This document shows, piece after piece, positions 7,908-16,500 of a stretch of 64,000 nt of DNA. Under the pieces are notes generated by a model that saw only the letters and a list, made by a program, of their open reading frames with translations, had not been told where the DNA came from and ran no database searches. Positions within the stretch are counted from its first letter, which is position 1, and each line of letters starts with the position of its first letter. The stretch spans positions 210-64,209 of the forward strand of contig CANREZ010000002.1 of the NCBI GenBank assembly GCA_947629745.1. Direction: 5' to 3'. Position numbers and translations under genes: made by a program. This DNA comes from an uncultured Clostridia bacterium. GTDB taxonomy: Bacteria; Bacillota; Clostridia; Christensenellales; UBA1242.

Positions 7908-8924
7908 CTAGTTTCTCCCCCCCCTGTACTCGGCAAGTTTTGCCGTGATAGTTGGAGCATCAGCCCTTGTGATATCGCTAATCAGCCATAGTTTGAAGTT
8001 ATCCTCATTCTCTAGCATTGGGATGGTGTAATTATTGATATTCTTTGATAAAATTCCACGAGTTGAAGCGTGATTGCTAATTGCTGTGGTGTATGCTATA
8101 TACTCATTGCTGAGTTTATCTAGATCATCATTAAATGTATTATCATCCTTGTATACTTCGTTGAATACAGCCTTGGATGCAGTACCATCGGAGATGAGTG
8201 TGACATCGTACAATTCTTTTGGTAAATTATTGCCGTATGTTACGTCCAAGCTCCCTTGTGGGTGATAATCGTTGTAGAAGAAGTGAAATTTGGAAGTCTC
8301 ATCTAGGCTGTGCAATTCCTTCACCCAAGCAGCGGTCTTGGAATACATTTCATTGGCATCCCCGATATGAGATGTTGTGAATTTTGCCACTGGGATTAGA
8401 TGCACATTCTCTGGCATTTTGGAGTAATCCCATGCTTGGTCTCTCTGGAACCACACAAAGGTTGGGATGGTGTAGTTACTTGTAATCTCCTGTAATTTAA
8501 TAGAGAATACAGTGACTGGCACAGTTGCAACTAGTGGGGCGATGATATACTCATCGGACGTGATTGCAAGAGTCTTCTTCTCACTATCCTTTGCATTCTT
8601 TAGGTGAGCGGTGAGTGAGACATTGTTGTTACCATAATATCCAGGGATATCTACATAACCCTTAGCAAGTTCACTAGAATTACGGATATCATAGTAGTTG
8701 TATGTGCCATCGAATAGTTTGTTTTCAATCTCTAATCTATCTGGCACGTTGTTTGACTCCCATGTCACTCTAATCGTTTCGTTATCGACTTTGGATAATT
8801 CGACCGATTTTAGTTCCATGGAGTAGTCGTACACGAATAGTGGCAATAAAAGTATTACTGTCACTACGATAGCAATAACTGCTACGACGGAAACGCTAGC
8901 AATTATTATCTGCTTCTTAGTCAT
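7908..8924 (-). CDS. N-terminal half of the split GT80-like glycosyltransferase (TM anchor, small beta-sandwich domain, first Rossmann half)
   Basis: 338-aa ORF with N-terminal TM helix IIIASVSVVAVIAIVVTVILLLPLFV. VTLISDGTASKAVF resembles PmST1 LNLYDDGSMEYVDL. It stops 2 codons after the G8 tract. Confidence 0.6.
   Translation of the reverse strand: MTKKQIIIASVSVVAVIAIVVTVILLLPLFVYDYSMELKSVELSKVDNETIRVTWESNNVPDRLEIENKLFDGTYNYYDIRNSSELAKGYVDIPGYYGNNNVSLTAHLKNAKDSEKKTLAITSDEYIIAPLVATVPVTVFSIKLQEITSNYTIPTFVWFQRDQAWDYSKMPENVHLIPVAKFTTSHIGDANEMYSKTAAWVKELHSLDETSKFHFFYNDYHPQGSLDVTYGNNLPKELYDVTLISDGTASKAVFNEVYKDDNTFNDDLDKLSNEYIAYTTAISNHASTRGILSKNINNYTIPMLENEDNFKLWLISDITRADAPTITAKLAEYRGGRN
7917..7924 (-). 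repeat. G8 homopolymer (C8 on plus strand) at the junction of the two glycosyltransferase half-ORFs
   Basis: Counted directly: c7917-c7924. With 8 G the upstream frame reads TAC AGG GGG GGG AGA AAC TAG. With 9 G it reads ...GGG GAG AAA CTA GAA..., which is the frame of the downstream half. Confidence 0.9.
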
Positions 8925-9272
8925 AAAACCTTTTTACCTCCTAAATTTTTTTGACCAAAAATAGTCTACTAAAATTTGTCGCATTATGTCAAACGATTGT
9001 ACCTTGTAATTAATAAGGTTATAAATATACTAATTAGTGGGCTCCTTTTATGGCCAAAACTGTTAGAGTAAGGCAAATAGATTGCGATGATAAAAACTAG
9101 GACAAGAGACATAAAATTTTATTTCTATATAGTAACTACTTCTATACTAAAACACAGTTAATGTACTACACAGATATATCTCCTGACAAAAAGTGCTAGG
9201 TTAGTGACAAAAATTATATTATAAAATATTTGCCGAAGAACCTCGAAATATGTTGTATAATGGGGGATTTTT

Positions 9273-10145
9273 GTGCTATCATTTAATATGAATAGGATAA
9301 ACTTGGAAAGTCTTCCATACTTTATCTATATAGCGATATTCCTTGTGCTAGTAGTGTCGCTATATTTCCTCTTTCGGCATAGGTCCTACAATGCAAAGCG
9401 TGCGGTGCTGCTTACTATATTATTTTTTAACCTAGCAGTGCATTTTGCAAAATTACTTATGCCGGGATACATCAATAATTTCCCAAATTCCATATCTCAT
9501 GTCACATTCGAGAATGTATGTGCGGTGACCACCATGGTCATGCCATTTGTGTATCTAATAAAGAAACAAAATGTACTCCACGACTATATGTTCTTCGTAG
9601 GTTGCTGCGGAGGATTTGGTGCAATGGCCTACCCAATGCCAGTGATAGGATATGTGGGTTATGATATTGAGGTAATTAGATTTTACATATGCCACATAAG
9701 CATCGTACTTGCTCCGATACTTGCCGTACTATTTGGAGTGTACAGGCCGAGAGCTAAAATGCTCTGGGTGATACCATTGTTATTCTTTGTGCAAGAATTT
9801 ATCATATTCGTTAACGACTTAGTATTGCTAAAGATCGGGGCAATTCAGCTAACGCGCCAAGAATTACTAGATAGCAGCATACACAATACTTCGCTAATAT
9901 ACGGGCCGTTGCCACCATTTAAGGCAATTGCAAATTTACTCATCGACCCATTAGTGCCACAATTTTTCAAAGTAGATATATTCAATATCAATGGCGGCAT
10001 ACCATACTATCACCCAATAGTGTGGATGGTGATACCGGCTATGATTTACTTCCCAATCGTATACATTATCTTGATTAGTCCGGTGATAATCGCAGATTAT
10101 ATCAAGGCGCGCAAGGCAAAGAAGACATTAAACGCTAAAGCATAA
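9273..10145 (+). CDS. Polytopic integral membrane protein (possibly TIGR02206/YwaF-like; family uncertain)
   Basis: 290-aa hydrophobic ORF. GTG start preceded by GGGGGA; an alternative ATG lies at 9288. Confidence 0.6.
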   Translation: MLSFNMNRINLESLPYFIYIAIFLVLVVSLYFLFRHRSYNAKRAVLLTILFFNLAVHFAKLLMPGYINNFPNSISHVTFENVCAVTTMVMPFVYLIKKQNVLHDYMFFVGCCGGFGAMAYPMPVIGYVGYDIEVIRFYICHISIVLAPILAVLFGVYRPRAKMLWVIPLLFFVQEFIIFVNDLVLLKIGAIQLTRQELLDSSIHNTSLIYGPLPPFKAIANLLIDPLVPQFFKVDIFNINGGIPYYHPIVWMVIPAMIYFPIVYIILISPVIIADYIKARKAKKTLNAKA

Positions 10146-10307
10146 TGATGGCTGCTTGATTGTGGGTATGAACTTGTGATATGTATCTATATGATGCAGG
10201 TCAGATAATATACAAGTAATTATTGGTTGATAACATCTGCAAGTTACAATTTGTCAAAAATATATGTGTTATTGGCAAAAACTACAAGTAGTAAGTTTTA
10301 TAAAAGA

Positions 10308-10339
10308 AGAGATACTCAGTGCGGTATCTCTTTATTTTT
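10308..10339 (+). terminator. Intrinsic terminator
   Basis: AGAGATAC-TCAGTGCG-GTATCTCT followed by TTATTTTT. Confidence 0.7.
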
Positions 10340-10440
10340 ACCAAATTTTGCATTATGACTAGGATATTGTGCCATACTAGGATTGTAGATAGGTCATTTA
10401 TATAAATATAAATGAAAATTAGAAACACTGCCAATTCGTT

Positions 10441-10468
10441 TTGTTTACGGGAAGATATTTAGTATAAT
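10441..10468 (+). promoter_or_regulatory. Possible promoter of the 2,910-aa lipoprotein gene
   Basis: TTGTTT, 16-nt spacer, TATAAT (10463-10468). RBS GGAG at 10500-10503. Confidence 0.4.
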
Positions 10469-10512
10469 GGTAGTATCAAAATTTTTAAGTGATTTGCTTG
10501 GAGATATAGATA

Positions 10513-13500
10513 ATGAAAAAATGGAAAGGTATAATACTCACATCTGCGCTACTTGGCACAATTGGTTTTGCTGGGTGCGGATGTCAGAATGAGATCCCGG
10601 ATATAGATCTGCCGACTAATATCGTTGTGCAGAATGAGACCGAAGTGCAGGAAGTGCTAGGTCTAGGGCAGACCCGAGATATTACATATAGGATAATTCC
10701 TGACGGTCTAAAGCCTGAGTACGACGATGTGCGTATTACTTTTGATAAGACTGGAATTGTGGAGTTTGCCGATGGTGGCGGTAGCGACCGTATTGAGGGA
10801 TTTGATACTTTTACCATCAAGGCAATAGGAGAGGGCACAGTCACCATCACTGTCACCACTCGTCATAGGGCATTGTCTGCTAGTATCACCATAGAAGTGG
10901 TGGATATCGAGACCCTTGCTACTCCAAGTATTTCTTGTGATGGCACGAAGATATCTTGGGATGCAGTGAATAACGCCCAGGGCTATATAGTGCGTGTCGC
11001 AAAGGGTAACGAAACTCCTAGGACATACCAAGTAGACGCTAATACCAATACATACACATTGCCAGAAGACTTCCGTCAAGATGGCGTGCAGTACACCGCA
11101 TCTGTCCGTGCAATTGGCGATGGCAAGAAATATCTTGCTAGCCCATATAGTGCAGGTTATACATTCTCGTTCCTGCCACTGGTGAGTGACTTTACCATTG
11201 ACGGCACGAAGTTTGTATTCGAGCCAGTAGATGGCGCTACTTCGTACTCGGTCACTATCAATAATAACGAGCATGATGTTACTTTTAATACTACTGACAC
11301 CACTTTTGATTTAGTGGAAAAAGCTGGCGTAACGGCCGATAGATACACTGTTAGGATTTTGCCACAAAATGAGTCTGCAAATGTGTTCCAGAGTCACCAG
11401 GCGTCTGAGGGTGAGTTCACAGTAAATAAACTAGCTACTGTAAGTAATATCACCACATCAGTCGATGCTACGACTATATCTTTTGATGCAGTCACTGGCG
11501 CTGAGAAATACACATATTTATTTACGCAACAGGGTAGAGATACGACTATCACCAAGACTTCGACTAACCCATCGCTTGAGATTTCATCATTAGAGGAAAT
11601 TACAGCAGGGCAGTGGACAGTGAAGATTTACCCATCTAGCCACACTATGGTGGATGGAGATAGCACTGAGTATTCATTCGAGAAATTAGGCGAGGCTGGG
11701 GAATGCACTATATCGAATAACCAGCTGACTATCGCTGAGGGAAATATTACGGCTAGCAAGTACCGCCTGACATTCGTGGATACTATTACGGGTGAGAAAA
11801 CCTATTACACATCCACCAATAGGACGGTGGACATATTGGCAGCTCTGGATAGCAAATCCGGGAAATACGAATTGTACATCGCACTGGCAGGTACAGATGG
11901 CGAGCAACAGGTCACAGGTAACGATAGCGAGACCGCGCTAGAATTTACTATCCTAGCACTGCCAACTGTGACAAAATACACGAATAATCACAATCTATCT
12001 AGTGATACATATACACACGGCCATGAGACTATCACCTGGAGTGCAGTCGAGGGTGCGGTAAGTTATAATGTGTATATTAAAAATGGTTCGGGATTTGAGT
12101 GCATAGGAAGTGTTACTGCTAATGATTCAGAAGAATATTCATTTGAGTTAAATGAAAAATTTAACACACTCTTAGCTGGTGAATATGGCATATATGTGAG
12201 TGCAGTTGGTGACGGCACAGATTATTTATCCAGTAAGACGCTAAAGAATGAAGAAGTCGCCGATTACAAGATAACGAAGCTAAATAACGTTCAAGCCGAG
12301 ACCGCAACATTCGATGAGACTACTAATAAACTTACATGGGCTGCAGTCGAGGGTGCAGCAGGCTATGCGCTGAGTTTTGACGGCGGGAAAACATATTATC
12401 AAACTAGTGAAAATGCTTATTATGTTACACAAAATCTAAGTGAGACTACGAGTGTCACAATTATTGCACTTGGTTATGATAGCATTGGAAGTGATACATC
12501 CAATTGGTCGGCAAATAGCAATAGTGGATCGCTTTATACTATCAAGAAACTGCAGAAGATAAGTACGGTAAATACTTCAGGTGGCAAACTGACCTTCACC
12601 GACCCTAACACAAGTGATAGCATTGCAGGACTTAGATATGTTATCTCAAATGATTCTAGGATATTAGCAGAGTTCCGCGATGTTGAGGCAGCTGAGGGTG
12701 TCATAACTCTAGACCTTGATGCGCTAAATCTCGATGGCGGCACTTATACAATAAAACTATCCGTGCGCGGCACAGGTTGTCTTGATAGCGATGAGACCGA
12801 AGTAACAATCAAGGTATTAAATACGATTGGCAATTCGACCGTTACATATTCAAATGATGATACATACAAGTTAAATTGGGATAGTATAGAGGGTGTCACG
12901 TCGTATAGTTTCGAGGGATATTATCTCGACAACGGCGGGAATAAACACATTATTCCAACAGATGTTGTTAATGGAATATTAGGAAATGATCACAAATTAG
13001 ACGCAACCAAACTTGCTAGCGGCACATACAAATATCGTCTGCGCGCAATGGGTGGCACTATCACTGAGACTGAATATATATCCAGCAAATGGTCCGAGGA
13101 ATTCACATTCGTGGTGTTCCCAAAAGTCAGCGTAAAGACTGAGGACAACAAACTCGTGTGGAACGCTTCCACTGTTGGCAACCTGTCAGCAGATCAATAC
13201 GATATCTATATGGCAAATGGCACAGGAGATGAATACAAGAAAGTCGGCACAGTAAGTGAGGGCTTAGAGTTTGATTTAGCAAAGGTTACTGAGGCAAGTG
13301 AAGCTGGCACATACAAATTCTATGTCGTGCCATATGGCACACTGACCGACACTGTAAAGGGTGCAAACTCCGATGTGTTGACTCTAACAAAGAGTGATAA
13401 ATTATCCGAAGTAACTGTAAAGAGTGGTGTCCTAACCTGGACAGATGATGTAGATGGTGAAAACGTCACTTACCTAATCTTTGAGGGAGATACATTACTC

Positions 13501-16500
13501 GGCACAACAGCTGAGAAATCGATTCTAGATATATTTGATGCAGGGAAGGAGTATACTGTAAAAGTTGTGCGCCGCACAGTAGGCCAGATGGATTCTGTAG
13601 CAAGTGACGAGATATCATTTACTAGACTTGTGGCTCCAGCTAACTTCGTTGTGGCAAATAACGTCATCACATTTGATGCAGTAGAGAATGCTACTGGATA
13701 CCGCGTGACTGATGTAGGCAGTAGTGGCACTTGGCAGATAAATGTTGGCGATGATGGCAAAGTAACATTTGATTTACGTCAATATGGCATCACAGGTGCA
13801 CACCACTTGCAGTTTGTGGCACTTGGCAGCGAGACGGCAAATGGCGCAAACTATCTAAATAGTGCACCAAGTGTAGCTGTGGGTTGCTCAGTACTTGCTA
13901 ACCACATTTCGCTCGCTATTACCGATGGCAAACTCACTTGGACCGCCGAGTCAGGCGATATCTCAGGTTATGAATTGCATATCTACACCAAGACGGGTTC
14001 AGGTGATGAATATAGCGAAACTACAACCAAGATTTTTGATAGCAATACTCGTACATACGACTTCCAGGGACTTGCTGGTGAATACTATGTGAAGATCCTT
14101 GCAAAAGGTAACAACTTAGAGATATTCGACAGTGTGCTGACCAACGATTACTTCCATGTAACCAAACTCGCAACTCCACAGATTACACTCAATCTTGGCT
14201 CAATCAAGTTAGTCAAGGATAACAACATAAGTGGATGCAAGTTCACTCTATATCGTGGAGGAGAAGTATTAACCACACTAGCAGATAGCGAGAGTTCATA
14301 TTTTGACTCAACCGCTATGACCGGCAATGTGTATGCATATAGCCTAGTGTTAACCAAAGACGGGTGTGTGTCTAGTGACGTGTCAAAGGCTCTTCGTGTG
14401 CAATATCTAGATATTGTGACCGGACTAAGACTTGTAGAGGGTGACAATATGAATGTCACACTACAATGGGCACCAGTAGAACACGCAAATGGATACAATG
14501 TATATAGAGTGTTAGATAATGGAATACATCAGTTAGTCACAACTGTTGAGTCAGGTGTTACATCAATTGATGTGGATTTGCTAGCTAATTCACAAGGCCA
14601 CATTGTAATCCAAGCAATTGGTGGCAATGTAGGATATAGCGATATAACGGACGGAGATGAAGCACAAGGTTATTGTAACGGTCAATACAGTGCCGAGATA
14701 GAATTATTCATCCTAGCACAAGTTACTGATCTAAAATTGACCAACGGTGTCCTCACCTGGACGGATGCGGAGAACGCAACTGAGTATCTAGTGCGCGTTT
14801 ACAAAGTAGAGGGAGATGGCCCAAGGCAACTCGTGGCAAGCGCATTTGTGGCAGGCACAGAATATAGGTTTGAGACTGAGGTCGACGGCGAGTACTGCGC
14901 AGAGGTCTACACCATCGGTGATTACAGCCAAGGCACAGGATATATCTCAAATAAAAATCCTAAGATACTAGATCACGTATTCAAGCACAACGTGTTAGAA
15001 ATGGATACAGTCAAGATGAAGAATGGATTGTTTACATTCGATGTATCTGTTAACGAATTAAAAGATGTGTTAAGTGTTTTACCAGAAACTAATAAACTAT
15101 CTAATAAAGAATTAGGACAAGTTGCAGAAACAATTTTTGCAAGGTTTAGCGAAGGCACTGAGCTTACTGGTGAGATAGTTATAAGCGGTGTGCATATCAA
15201 TGTGAAGGATGCATCGGATGCTTTGTATCATCTATTCTATCTAGATGTCGCGTATGACAAGATAGCTAATTTCGGAGATATCACCACATCATATGAGTAT
15301 AGTTATGGCAATCTAGCAAGGTCGGTGAGCTCGACTGATGCTGGTATCACAGTGACCTTTGATTTCCTACTAGGTGAGGGATATTACAACATGATGTTCT
15401 GCACATCGGGTAATAGCGGAGACGAGGAGTCTACATACAAGCTTTACCTTGCAGGCAACATGACCGATAACATCAAGGTGTACAAAGCCTTGACTCCAAC
15501 TCCAGTGCAACATGGTGAATTACAACATTACATCATCGACGGCGATGTGCATTTCAACCGCGTGTATTACACCGAGGATAATGAGCAAAAGGAAAGTGGT
15601 TATGTCGTGGAAGTCCGCTACACATTAAGTGGCAGAAGATATACTAGAGAACACGAAGTAACGCAGGAAGAATTAAAAGAAGCAGCAGGTATTGTCAAGC
15701 TAGATACATTGGTTAATGAATTTAACCTCCCAACTGCAACCACACTTCAAATTAGTGTGAGGGTAAAGGGTTCTACTGGAGAGATAAACACAGATGAGAT
15801 AATTATCAGCCGTGGCAGTCTGGATGTAACTAGCGAGACCAAGATATTGCCAACGCCAAGTGTATCTGTGCGTGGTGGACACGCTGAATGGATAGCAAGC
15901 GGTGAGGCAAGTTATCAGCTAGTTAAAATTTATAACGAACGCAATGAAATATTAGACGAAAGACAATTAGTCCCAGTGATTAGTGAAGTGTTAGGTGTAA
16001 CGCCTGAGAGCGCTCCAACCTATATCACCAACGGTGGATTCCGCGTGAGCAAGGATATGACACAGTTTATGACCACAGCACTTGGAGCTGGAACTAACTA
16101 CAACATAAGCGTGCAGGAGTGCGGAAATAATGTTGACTTGATAGACTCCAAAGTATCCGCAAATATTACATTCAATATACTTGAGGAAACTGTAAAAGAC
16201 TTTAGGTACGAGGGTGGAAATATTATATTCTCTGGTAAGAATAGCGCTCAAGTGACAGTCTATAGGGTAGATACTGAGGGCAACCTCGTAGCATTCAATC
16301 CAATTGTGCTAAATAGGAGTGACGCAACAACTAGTGGACAAGGTGACGGATTCTACACATTCACATTCACTATGCCATCGACATTCGAGACATATGATGC
16401 CGAGGGCAACAAGATTGACTACAAGATAGGTGTGAGAGATTATCCAGCAGGCATTAGTGGATCAAACTTAGTAAGTACCGAACACATGTTAGATAAGACC

